The notes below the pieces were generated by a model. That model did not search any database and was not told where the DNA came from. It was given only the letters and a program-made list of their open reading frames with translations. The position numbers and the translations under genes were made by a program. Positions 28,275-37,789 of a stretch of 64,000 nt of DNA are shown in pieces (within the stretch, counting starts at the first letter, position 1; every line of letters starts with the position of its first letter). This DNA is from Candidatus Bathyarchaeia archaeon (GTDB taxonomy: Archaea > Thermoproteota > Bathyarchaeia > 40CM-2-53-6): positions 96,001 through 160,000 of the forward strand of contig JBEKVV010000001.1 in NCBI GenBank assembly GCA_049513715.1. Reading direction: 5' to 3'.

Positions 28275-28372
28275 TTCGGCTCCACCTCCACACTCGTTTC
28301 TTCGCAGTCGTTCGTTCGGTCGGATGGGACGCGGCTTGTACTAGCAGCCTCCCAAATTCTCGATTCATTCAT
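28271..28372 (-). CDS. 33-aa ORF translationally coupled to the DUF932 gene
   Basis: GGAGGTG ribosome-binding site, ATG at 28372, stop overlaps the TTG start (TTGA). Confidence 0.45.
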   Translation of the reverse strand: MNESRIWEAASTSRVPSDRTNDCEETSVEVEPN

Positions 28373-28614
28373 TTCCCAAACACCTCCTTGGTGCGGGCGG
28401 TCAGCGTTCACAAAATTTCGTTTGTCCGGCAGAGCTTCCGCTGACCAGAGGAAGCCTGCACGGTTTTAGGAATTAGCGTGAAACGATCGTCTATCTCGGC
28501 TACTTCGGTAACGATATTTAGTCGCGTGGAACGGATAGTGTGCTTGGCGAGGAGTAGCGTCCGGCGGCGTCGTGGGCGACCCGTTCGGGGATGCTAACCT
28601 TCGTCCAATATTGG

Positions 28615-28746
28615 GCGGGGGTTGCCAAACCTTCAGTTCGATTTGAAGGGGCGAGGCCAGGTCAAAGGCGCAGAGCACGTAAGCGCGGAAGGCTTAGGAC
28701 CCTGTCCCGTAGGGGTTCCGGGGTTCGAATCCCCGCCCCCGCACCA
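28615..28746 (+). tRNA. tRNA-Leu(UAG) with two non-canonical introns (28629-28655 at 14/15; 28674-28690 at 29/30) and encoded CCA
   Basis: Spliced product GCGGGGGTTGCCAAGCCAGGTCAAAGGCGCAGGGCTTAGGACCCTG...GGTTCGAATCCCCGCCCCCGCACCA folds as a class II cloverleaf; both junctions form BHB-like motifs. Confidence 0.92.
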
Positions 28747-29248
28747 TTCGCGTATAACATATGCTAGACGTAATTTTCATGGGACGACGCGTGCGTTTCA
28801 ATATGCGGTGTAGTTTTGGGGGGGGGAAAAACACGTTACCCGTCCCTAATCGTGGTGGAGAACTGCGTTATCACAAACAGCTGCACACATGTACCGGCAA
28901 GTTGGGGTCAAAGTCCCCTGACCCATCTCTGAATACGAATTATGTGAAACAGCGTCCGTTAGCATGTCCGCCATCCGGCCCACGCGAGCTTTCTCCCAAC
29001 CTATTCAGGTTCTCTTGCTTCCGTAATTTCAGCCAACTATCAACTTACGCACGAGGTCGCTGAGCGCCCATCTCTCCTTCTGGGCGACGCCCTTCACATG
29101 TGCGAAGAGCAAGCGCGGGACACGAATCGACCACCGCCTATAACGCATGATCGACGCCGCCGCTCCGTGCTCATGCTGTTCTGGGAGGCGGCCTTAACGG
29201 GTCTTTCAATGGAAGATATTACGTGATTTCTGCGGCATTGGACACTTG

Positions 29249-29740
29249 CTAAAACAAATCTTTCGTAGTGTAAGGTTTCTCTTTCATCACAGCCTTAGCG
29301 AGTCTCTCCCCCAAGTCAGCCGCATGTGCTTTGTCTACTTCCCATGGGAGGGCACGTCCAGGCACGGTTTCTATTGCTATGCCGGGTCTCACAAATTCCG
29401 GATTAAAGACTCCAACAATTCGCTCGATATTCTCTAGGGCCGCCGCTTGATCCCCCGATCCAGTTGTGAACACAGCTGCCGGCTTGCCCGCCATATTGTC
29501 CCGTACCGGATAGATGTCGGTCAGGGCTGTCAGAATCTTGCCAGACATAATGCCAAAATGAGATGGAGAGCCAAACGCGCAACCGTCCGCCGCGATGACA
29601 TCCTGCGCGGTGACCGAGTCGGCAGTCTTCAATTCTACTGTAACCTTTGAGGCTCTTCTTGCTCCTTCAGCCACAACGTCAGCAACTTTCTTAGTCATGC
29701 CGTCTCGGGAGTCATAAATTATGAGGATCTTAGAAGGCGT
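29249..29740 (-). CDS. Flavodoxin/WrbA-like protein
   Basis: KILIIYDSRDGMTKKVA, FGSPSH and GKPAAVFTTG; N-terminus extends upstream of the ATG to ACG at 29740. Confidence 0.9.
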   Translation of the reverse strand, partial: TPSKILIIYDSRDGMTKKVADVVAEGARRASKVTVELKTADSVTAQDVIAADGCAFGSPSHFGIMSGKILTALTDIYPVRDNMAGKPAAVFTTGSGDQAAALENIERIVGVFNPEFVRPGIAIETVPGRALPWEVDKAHAADLGERLAKAVMKEKPYTTKDLF

Positions 29741-29943
29741 CTATGTCACCCACGGAATGTGGTTGTTTGTCGGTCTCGATAAATGTTGCTCAAATAGCCA
29801 CCCGACCCACGCGCAATAGACCGTGATTGTTCATGCTAGTTATGGGAAGGATCCCCAACAACTTCTCTTATCTATTCAAGCCGAGCATGGCGTGTGATCT
29901 TTCATGACCTGACGCGCCCCCACGGACGCGGATGGAGCAGTAG

Positions 29944-30135
29944 ATGCCAACTTTAATTCGGAACACCACCTGTTCTCTTTGTTTTGAGCGGGGCGACTTA
30001 GTCGCTGTTCTGCGCAGGTACACGTCGCCTGTGGATGGGGCGGAACGGTTGTACGAGTACAGGCGGTTCTATCACTGTGAGGACGGCGGCTTGCAAGTAT
30101 GCCACTTGTGCGGCAGCGGTCGACTACTTCAGTGA
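29944..30135 (+). CDS. Small putative Zn-binding protein
   Basis: CSLC ... HC ... CHLC. Confidence 0.4.
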   Translation: MPTLIRNTTCSLCFERGDLVAVLRRYTSPVDGAERLYEYRRFYHCEDGGLQVCHLCGSGRLLQ

Positions 30136-30509
30136 GAAGGTATAGGGCGTTAAGGGGGCTAATGCTCAGGAAATGTTCCGTTTCCACGTAGAAACACACT
30201 GCTTCAGTGAGATCCGCGGTAGCTGAAACCTGCAGAAGTCTATCTGCCTAGTACCTTCTCTACTGTCAGCAGCTATCATGGAGAGCGTAGACACTGTGCC
30301 GGGTGGTATAGATGACTGAGGTATTATTCGGTTTCATGAAACATAACACGAGATGCGTGTTAAGCCACTGTTTTTGTTTTCAGGGATTGACTCTGTTCGT
30401 TTTTTGTTGTGGGTAGTTCGATTATTCCACTTTGCAACTAGTTAGAGCAATTCGCTTGAGGTATATGTAGACGCAAAGGGTGAAATAGCACCGTTTTTCT
30501 TCATTAGGC

Positions 30510-32171
30510 ATGCTAGCTAGGTCGAAGATTGCAGCCTTACTTGTAGTCGTTATCTCATCCGTGATGCTTGTCCACTCAGTTGCTGGGGTTAACCCGGTTC
30601 ACCTAGGGATTGTGTGTGGTGGATGTCCTGCAGGTGGCCCCGTACCCGCCGGTTCAACGTTCCATATCACGTTCTATACTGATGTCGGGGAAAACGGGCA
30701 CATCAACATCTATGATCGACCGTCCGGCGATCCTACTCACATTTGGAACAGCGGATCGTTAGCGATTAGTGGCGGGCTTGCCTACGACGTGGTTCCCACG
30801 GTCATAAACACACCTGGGACTTACATAGCCGGCGCCACGTTCACAGACGCGAGCGCAACCACCTACTCGATGGAAAGGACTTTCCTAGTGACCGGTTCTG
30901 GCTCTGGGTTGACGGACTGGGCCGTGCTGTCCGTTTCGCTAAGCCCAACTAACCCACATGTTGGGGATCCAGTTATTTTCAAGATGGATATGACGGCGCT
31001 CTCGTCATCCGCACCGTTCCCGCAAAACTTCAACGCTCAATGCCAAATTGATGGAGCAGACTGTGGTGGTGGATTTGTCAGCTATCCCGGCCCAGCAGGA
31101 ACTCCGGCAACTGTGAGTGCCGGGACGCCGTGGATGGCGACGCCTGGAACGCACATACTTACTTGGTCCATTTCCACAGCCGACGATTCAAACCCGAGTA
31201 ACAACGTGATGAGCCAAAGCTTCACAGTGACCTCCCCAACCCCCTTTGACTTCTCAATTGCCGCCTCACCGCCTCAGCAGACTGTGACTCCGGGAGGGGG
31301 TGTGGTTTTCACTGTGAGCGTAACAATGGTATCTGGGGCAGCGCAGAGCATCATACTATCCTTAACCGGAGCACCCGCGGGAGTTACTGGTACTTTCAGC
31401 CCCGCCTCAGGCACGCCCTCGTTCACTTCCACACTAAGTATCGTGACCACTTCATCGGCTCCTCCGGGAACGTTTCCGTTGACCATTACTGGAAGTGGGG
31501 GAGGTGTAACCCACTCTGCTCAAGTGATCTTGATAATCTCGCAGGCTCCGCCTCCACCCGACTTTTCAATCGCGGTGAGCCCCACAAGTCAAAGTGGGCT
31601 GCAGGGACAGGCGGTTTCGTACTCGGTGAATGCAGCACCCCTGAATGGGTTCAACTCAATAGTCGCATTGTCAGTAACAGGGTTGCCTTCCGGCTCCACC
31701 GGAGCCTTCAGCCCTGCCTCTGGAATTCCTAACTTCGTCTCAACGCTCACTATTCTGCTCCCCCCGGGAGTTACACCAGGTTCATTCACTTTGACAGTGA
31801 CTGGGACAGGCGGTGGGCTAAGCAGAATGGCGACCATAGCCCTAATCGTCAACCAAACCCCAGCAACGCAGACATCCTCAACTGAAGCATCAAGCACAAC
31901 AAGTACGTCGAGCACGCAGGCTGTCACCAATCTGCCGGCCATGAGTGACCTGATGAGTATGCTGCAGCAGAATCCCCTACTCCTAGTCGGAGGCATCGTT
32001 CTACTAATCGCCCTAGTGGCGATCGCCGCGCTCGCGTCGAGGCACAGAAAACCAAGCGGACCAGCGCAAGGAACTCAACAGGGAAAACCCGGAACAAAGT
32101 TCTGCACTAATTGCGGAACCCCAAATCCCGCTGGGAATGAATTCTGCGGAAAATGCGGCAAGATACTATGA
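30510..32171 (+). CDS. Cell-surface protein: signal peptide, CARDB/Ig-like repeats, transmembrane helix and cytoplasmic zinc ribbon
   Basis: Repeated DFSIA.SP units, S/T-rich linker, transmembrane helix, FCTNCG...FCGKCG. Confidence 0.9.
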   Translation: MLARSKIAALLVVVISSVMLVHSVAGVNPVHLGIVCGGCPAGGPVPAGSTFHITFYTDVGENGHINIYDRPSGDPTHIWNSGSLAISGGLAYDVVPTVINTPGTYIAGATFTDASATTYSMERTFLVTGSGSGLTDWAVLSVSLSPTNPHVGDPVIFKMDMTALSSSAPFPQNFNAQCQIDGADCGGGFVSYPGPAGTPATVSAGTPWMATPGTHILTWSISTADDSNPSNNVMSQSFTVTSPTPFDFSIAASPPQQTVTPGGGVVFTVSVTMVSGAAQSIILSLTGAPAGVTGTFSPASGTPSFTSTLSIVTTSSAPPGTFPLTITGSGGGVTHSAQVILIISQAPPPPDFSIAVSPTSQSGLQGQAVSYSVNAAPLNGFNSIVALSVTGLPSGSTGAFSPASGIPNFVSTLTILLPPGVTPGSFTLTVTGTGGGLSRMATIALIVNQTPATQTSSTEASSTTSTSSTQAVTNLPAMSDLMSMLQQNPLLLVGGIVLLIALVAIAALASRHRKPSGPAQGTQQGKPGTKFCTNCGTPNPAGNEFCGKCGKIL

Positions 32172-32335
32172 TCACATTTCTAGCTGTCGTCCTTCTCGAA
32201 CCATTGTGATGAGATTAGGTGATGAATAGCATCCCAAAAAAACGCTCAATTGGTTCGAAAGCAGGACGTTCATGGATATCGACTCTAGGACACGCGATCC
32301 ACGTTCGTGTGTGCGCGTGTAACTGGAGAGAGAAG

Positions 32336-32629
32336 TCATCTCCGGATGTCTATGACCGCTAACACGAGCAATATGGTCGTAACAATTACGAGGAGAACCA
32401 GTAGGCTTCGGTTTCTCTCCCATATGACGAAGTTCGCATTAAGCCGCGTGAAGGGATCGCGTGACTTCAGCATACGAAAGACTACGATCGCCTCTTCTCT
32501 CCTGAATACTCCGTTGTCTACTCGAATCTCACCCGTCATGCTCTTTTCGAATCTATGGCGGCCGACCCAGAAAGGATTCGAGTACTTGCTGCTCACCCAC
32601 AGATCAAATTCCTCCTGCAGTGATGACAT
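32336..32629 (-). CDS. Small protein with a C-terminal transmembrane helix
   Basis: Follows the UPF0182 gene; hydrophobic C-terminus. Confidence 0.7.
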   Translation of the reverse strand: MSSLQEEFDLWVSSKYSNPFWVGRHRFEKSMTGEIRVDNGVFRREEAIVVFRMLKSRDPFTRLNANFVIWERNRSLLVLLVIVTTILLVLAVIDIRR

Positions 32630-32637
32630 ACTTTCAC

Positions 32638-35370
32638 CTATCTGATTTGGACGTTGATGTAGTAGAGTTTCACAACGCCGCCTGTAGAAACGAGTACTCC
32701 GAAGTTGAGGCTGCCGTCCGAGGTAGTCCAGTAGTAGACTTCAGACACGTTGTACTTTTGACAGTAGTTGGCGATGAAACCGTTGACCGTGGCGCTGATG
32801 GAGGTCCACTGTGACTCATCTGTGTAGGTAATGTTGGCAATTTGGATTTCGACGTTCGCGCTGATCTTGCTTGGACTGATTAAGGAATATCCCTTGTCGG
32901 TGAATAATGAGTTAAGCTTCGTCACACGTTCCGCAGAACCAAGTATGACGGGAGTTCCGCCAGAGATCGCGTAGTATGCTTGCGATGAATCCGCACCAAC
33001 CGCAACTTTGGCGCCGGTCGTGGCGTCGACTACTGCAATAAACGCCATTTTCGTGATTACGGCGTTCTGCACTTGGGTGTTGATGTACACGGGGATGAAG
33101 TAGTAGAGGTGGGTACCGATCAGATACAGCAGGATGTTTCCGAGCCTATAGTTCGGCAGCAGGGTTAGCTGTGTGCGCACGTAATCGTCTGTCTCGACGG
33201 CTTGCAGGGCGGCAGACGGCCCGATAAGTTGAGTCGTCGAGTTGGATATTCTGTAGAGATTCAGCTTGCCAAGTTGGTCGCTTCCGTAAGCTATGAACAT
33301 CCCTGCGAGGTTTTTGCCGGGGGATGATTGATACTCTACCAGCTGTAGCCCTACGAAGTCTGTACGATTTCCGAAAGTCTCAAGGACGTATAGGACTTCT
33401 GTGGATTCTGGTCGCTCGTAGAAATCAGATCCTGATCTCCAAATGAATGGGTCGCTCACGTGATACTGGAAAGCCACATCCAGTTGTCCGGGGTTAGCGT
33501 GGGTTCCAAGCAGATCCTCAGGATAACGCAGTTGGCTAACGAGCCAGTTCGGCGGCGCTTTCCAGGACGAGTAGTATTGCCTGTAGAAGTCGACCAGAAA
33601 ACCGTCTGGTTTCGCAATGACGTAGGGATACATTTGGCCGTCCTCAATATCAACAAGAACCACGCCGAAGAATCGGAGGTAGTTGCTTCCGGAGAATCCA
33701 GAATGGATCGGGTAGTCCGTGTAGACTTGCACGCAGTAATAGATTCGGCTACCGTCTGTGACGAGGTAGCTTGCGCTGTCCGTAGTTAACCCACCGATGA
33801 GTATGTCTTGGACTCTCTGGTAAACGTCGCGATTGTGCAGCATCATGATGTTATCTTGGGGAGGGCTCAAGGCGAAGCCGACTTGGCCTTCTTTCACGAG
33901 GAACCACAAGCTCCGTTGCCAGCCTGACAGCGTATAGTCAGGAGCGCCTGTGTAGGAGGCATTTCCGATCTCCTCGAACCCTTTGACATGAACATAGACA
34001 TCGTCAGTTAGTGCCTCGCCATAATAGATCAAGGGCTCCACTTTGACTCCGAACGCGCTCGGTACTGAAACGTAATCGCCTGTGTGGCTGTCGATTACGA
34101 TTATTCTGGCGGCATGAGTGTAGATCAAGTGATGGCTAATCCAGTCGTCGGTTGGGTAGTTGATTGTTGTGGGGGCAGCCCAGTACTCGTGGCCGTTAAG
34201 GTAGATTATCTGCGACGCGCTGAGCTGCATCCAATTGACGCCTATTTGATTTATCATCTTCGTGTACGATGCATCGTGATCCCACTGCCGTACAAGTGAG
34301 ACGATTGTGCTAGTGTTCCCTGCGGGAACACTCGAGAGAGGCTCCGTCACGACATTCTGGATACCTGCCGCCCATCGCGTTACCTCGATTTCCTTATTCG
34401 TCATGGGTTTCCATTCATAGTCGGTCCAGTTGTTGTTCCAGTTGAGCGAGTAGCCTACGACGAAGCTTACGTTCACGATGAGTATGCCGAGTAGGAGCAA
34501 GGCGACGAGGTATACGATCCATCGTTTTCGACGTGCCATGCCTATTGTTCGTCGAATGACTCCGAACTGAAAGGAGGCCGCGATGACCAGGAAGCTGACG
34601 AAGACTGTGATTGCGATCAGATAGTTGTTGGGTGTCGCAATGTTCATGACCCAGTAGGGGGCACCGACGATCGCCACCAGCACAACTAGAGCGAGAATGA
34701 GGAATAGATCTCTCGTCCAGGCATTCGTCTTGATTCGAGCGAAATCGCGGACGAGCATCAGAATGAGTCTGAGGACCGCCACTGATACGACCGCTGTGAC
34801 TATCTCGAAGATGAGGCGGTACTGAACCTCCATAGTGGGCATCAAGGCAACAAGCTCAGCTCCTGACGCAGGAGCCAGCGGGAGCTGAAGAACCCTCAGG
34901 ACCTGGCCCCAGTTACCCACCCCACTTTGCAGCATCGTGATCACGACCGTCAGATTGCCAAGGCCCGGTATTCCGTTCGCCCCGGCAATCATCGAGAATG
35001 CCAACCCCCACTTAACTACCTGCCAAAGAAGCCACGCAGCCTTGCCAGGGCCGAGCGAGACCGCCTCCTGCTCACCTCTGACTCGCGCGAAGGCTCCTCC
35101 GAGCGCTGAAAGCCCCTCGAAGAGATGGCTCCTCCTAGGAAATGGATTGATGAAGAGAAGTGCGAGAACACCGGCGACGATAAAGGTGTTATTGTGATAG
35201 AAGTTTATCGCGAACCAGTCGAGGCCTGCCTTGGAGGCATACATGGATTGGAGAACGATCCAGTTCAAATAAATTGACAGTCCATAAACGATCACACCGA
35301 CGAAAACTAGCGCTGCAATACTCCAGCCAATCAATCCGAAAAGACGAGGAGATGGCCCAGATCGTTCCAT
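32638..35370 (-). CDS. UPF0182-family membrane protein
   Basis: Multiple transmembrane helices then VRQWD, HLIYTH, IYYGE, QLRYPEDL and YHVSDP motifs. Confidence 0.9.
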   Translation of the reverse strand: MERSGPSPRLFGLIGWSIAALVFVGVIVYGLSIYLNWIVLQSMYASKAGLDWFAINFYHNNTFIVAGVLALLFINPFPRRSHLFEGLSALGGAFARVRGEQEAVSLGPGKAAWLLWQVVKWGLAFSMIAGANGIPGLGNLTVVITMLQSGVGNWGQVLRVLQLPLAPASGAELVALMPTMEVQYRLIFEIVTAVVSVAVLRLILMLVRDFARIKTNAWTRDLFLILALVVLVAIVGAPYWVMNIATPNNYLIAITVFVSFLVIAASFQFGVIRRTIGMARRKRWIVYLVALLLLGILIVNVSFVVGYSLNWNNNWTDYEWKPMTNKEIEVTRWAAGIQNVVTEPLSSVPAGNTSTIVSLVRQWDHDASYTKMINQIGVNWMQLSASQIIYLNGHEYWAAPTTINYPTDDWISHHLIYTHAARIIVIDSHTGDYVSVPSAFGVKVEPLIYYGEALTDDVYVHVKGFEEIGNASYTGAPDYTLSGWQRSLWFLVKEGQVGFALSPPQDNIMMLHNRDVYQRVQDILIGGLTTDSASYLVTDGSRIYYCVQVYTDYPIHSGFSGSNYLRFFGVVLVDIEDGQMYPYVIAKPDGFLVDFYRQYYSSWKAPPNWLVSQLRYPEDLLGTHANPGQLDVAFQYHVSDPFIWRSGSDFYERPESTEVLYVLETFGNRTDFVGLQLVEYQSSPGKNLAGMFIAYGSDQLGKLNLYRISNSTTQLIGPSAALQAVETDDYVRTQLTLLPNYRLGNILLYLIGTHLYYFIPVYINTQVQNAVITKMAFIAVVDATTGAKVAVGADSSQAYYAISGGTPVILGSAERVTKLNSLFTDKGYSLISPSKISANVEIQIANITYTDESQWTSISATVNGFIANYCQKYNVSEVYYWTTSDGSLNFGVLVSTGGVVKLYYINVQIR

Positions 35371-35577
35371 GGATTCGAATCGCGAATGGAACTAGCAGAA
35401 CACCACTATATCAACTAGGAGCTTCTCCGATTATGTAGGAAACGGCATGGATTATCGGCAGCGGAAATTCCTGGTCGAGTGACAGTAACCCTCCCCCCAC
35501 CGGCCATCGGCCCGGGATTGTTAGATCGTAGCAACGTTCAAGTGTGTGGTTTGGCAGTGCTCAATTGTTGAATCCAT

Positions 35578-36048
35578 ATGACTGTTGACATCAAAGTAAA
35601 ACAGGTTCCAAGTTACACGGTAGCATCCCTCATGCACTACGGACCCCACGGTGCGAACATTTTCCGAACTGAATTTGATTATCTGGCGAAGTGGGCGAAG
35701 AGGAATAAACTGCGAACCGGAAAGTGGATCATGCGTTGGATTGACGAGTCCGGAAGCAAGCCTGCCAGTAAGGTTCGTTCTGAAGCATGTTTGGAGATCA
35801 AGGGAAAAGCAAGAACAGATGGTAAGATAAGGATCAAGAAATTTCCAAGGCACACCGTCGTTAGCGTGATTTTTGATCCAGAAAAAGTCTCCCCACGTTT
35901 GGTTTATTCAGGGATCTACGGATGGTTAAGGTACAGTGACTTCGAGGCCACCGACAGCCCCCCAAGAGAAGTCTACGCAGGAAACCCATGGACGAACTCC
36001 CGTGCATGGGCGAACGCGGAGGTTCAGGTACCGATCAGAAAAAGATGA
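35578..36048 (+). CDS. GyrI-like small-molecule-binding domain protein
   Basis: VASLMHYGP ... PREVY...P...EVQVPI. Confidence 0.85.
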   Translation: MTVDIKVKQVPSYTVASLMHYGPHGANIFRTEFDYLAKWAKRNKLRTGKWIMRWIDESGSKPASKVRSEACLEIKGKARTDGKIRIKKFPRHTVVSVIFDPEKVSPRLVYSGIYGWLRYSDFEATDSPPREVYAGNPWTNSRAWANAEVQVPIRKR

Positions 36049-36159
36049 TTCGGCGCGCCTTCTTGAGTCGACAGAGTCCCAAATCACTTTTGCCTTTAAC
36101 ACTCGCCCATGTTTTCTCATGATTGAGATTTCGCCTTTGCAGATGCGAAGGTGACTTTG

Positions 36160-36960
36160 TTACCCGTGGAATAGCCCCGCCAGATACATCAAATAGAATC
36201 CTGCTAGTGACGCCACAACGTAGGGCAAGTTTTCACGTTGGCGAACGAAGTTTGGAATCAGCTTGTACTCGATGTAGATGGCTGCTGCGCCGCCTAAGGC
36301 AAAGAAGAACGTGGAGTTAACCGGTGTTACGAGGGCAATCAGCGATCCAAGAACAGTTGGAATTCCTCCGAGAGCTCCCAGAATCACGACGCGATGGGCT
36401 CTTGATTTTGTGACCGCCGCGAATACACCGATGACGAAACCTTCCAGGACTTTGTGGAACACATAGGCGATCCCAGGCAACAAACCGCCAATAGCCTGAA
36501 TCATATCCGGGGCTGTAGACATAAGCGAACCAATCTCGATTCCTTCGCCCATAGCATGGAAGCCCATTCCTAGGGCCACAAGGATAGCCACGCCGAAAGA
36601 GATCCCCGTCAGGGTCTCATTGTTCTCCCGCGATGTGGCATGGATAGATGATTTTGGCAATAGTCGTTCGAGTCCAAAGAGAAGCAGCAAACTCGTTGTG
36701 AACAGTACTACCAATAATCCTTGTGCGATTCCGCCTGCAAATCCTTGGTTAATATCTAGGAGTACCGCGTCGTTCATTACGTCAAGAAAGAACCAGAAGA
36801 TGATGCCCGAGGAGACTGCCATTAGGATTCGGAACCTGCTGGAAGCGTCCTTCGCTATAGCGAAAGGTAAGAAGAGCCCGACAAAGAGTGGAACAAATGT
36901 GGCAGCGGCGCCACTGGCTAAGTTCGCCAGGACACTCGGCATTAGAGAATCACGGCCCAA
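36160..36960 (-). CDS. ZIP-family-like metal transporter
   Basis: GFHAMGEGIEIG and FHKVLEG motifs; about 8 transmembrane helices. Confidence 0.8.
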   Translation of the reverse strand: MGRDSLMPSVLANLASGAAATFVPLFVGLFLPFAIAKDASSRFRILMAVSSGIIFWFFLDVMNDAVLLDINQGFAGGIAQGLLVVLFTTSLLLLFGLERLLPKSSIHATSRENNETLTGISFGVAILVALGMGFHAMGEGIEIGSLMSTAPDMIQAIGGLLPGIAYVFHKVLEGFVIGVFAAVTKSRAHRVVILGALGGIPTVLGSLIALVTPVNSTFFFALGGAAAIYIEYKLIPNFVRQRENLPYVVASLAGFYLMYLAGLFHG

Positions 36961-37147
36961 ATGAAATGCAATGAGAATTTAGTTTTGTTGGTACCCTTCT
37001 GCTAGCCCACTGCACATTAGGCCTTCTTCACTCTTGAGCGGTAAAGTGCGCTGTTTGCTCAATGAAGGAACCTTATACTTCTGGAATTTTGTGATTGCGA
37101 AGACGAAGACTTCCAATAGTGTTCGCCCGGGTTCAGCTGCTTTCTTA

Positions 37148-37747
37148 TCAGGTAACTATCAGCTGCCCGCTCTGCATGTACGAGTGCACAGGGCACAGTA
37201 TGTTGCAATATATCGTGAAGGTTCCAACCTGATCCGCAACGAAAGAGATGCGTAGTGATTCATGAGGCATCAGTGCCGCTCCGGCATCAAAGTAATGTTG
37301 TACGGCGAATCCATGGGGTGAGTAGTCATCTTGGTTGCATACGAGGAACTTGACCATGTCGCCGAGGTGGACTCTTACTACTGGCCAGGGGTCGTTGGGT
37401 GCGTTCCGAAGGTGGCCGACGCTATCGTTGAATCCCTGGAGGTCAGCAATGATGAGAACGTAGCCTGAAGGTCTCACGCAGGACGTTGTCTTTGTTTCGA
37501 GTGGCTGACTCGGGGGCGTACTCAAGTAAGGCCAGTAATAACTTACAGTGACCCCTATCAGGAGCGCAGCCACAATCCCGACCGCGACCAGTTTATTCGT
37601 GAGACATGGCCTCGCATCGTTTTCTGCGTCCGCTATATTTCTCCTTATTGAACAAGAGACAAAGACATTGTGAATTCTCGCAAAACCCTTGACCACAGCG
37701 ATTTGGGTGTGTTTTAGGAACCAGTCCAACGTTGCAGACTGTTCCAA
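37148..37747 (-). CDS. Membrane-anchored cupredoxin (CuA/COX2-like) protein; true start probably downstream (about 37636)
   Basis: HGF and YCNILCPVHSYM copper motif. Confidence 0.85.
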   Translation of the reverse strand: MEQSATLDWFLKHTQIAVVKGFARIHNVFVSCSIRRNIADAENDARPCLTNKLVAVGIVAALLIGVTVSYYWPYLSTPPSQPLETKTTSCVRPSGYVLIIADLQGFNDSVGHLRNAPNDPWPVVRVHLGDMVKFLVCNQDDYSPHGFAVQHYFDAGAALMPHESLRISFVADQVGTFTIYCNILCPVHSYMQSGQLIVT

Positions 37748-37789
37748 AAATTCTTAACCAATCGCACAAGAGTCTCCTGGAGAAAGCCC

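Larger units (their letters stand above)
1..28746. mobile_element. Integrated plasmid/satellite-like element (left end outside window), bounded on the right by tRNA-Leu
   Basis: Prim-Pol replication protein, AbrB/RHH regulators, HerA-like ATPase, DUF932 operon and R-M/HEPN/PIN cargo; abrupt switch to housekeeping genes right after the tRNA; no att duplicate visible inside the window. Confidence 0.8.

Noticed and set aside
28680..28746. Initially read as a 3' tRNA fragment (attR only)
   Set aside because: The 5' half is present once two introns are removed, so it is a complete gene
28761..29063. 100-aa ORF downstream of tRNA-Leu
   Set aside because: No motifs, crosses a long G run, atypical composition
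31240..31860. Internal repeats in the surface protein gene
   Set aside because: Ordinary duplicated Ig-like domains; no template/variable repeat signature
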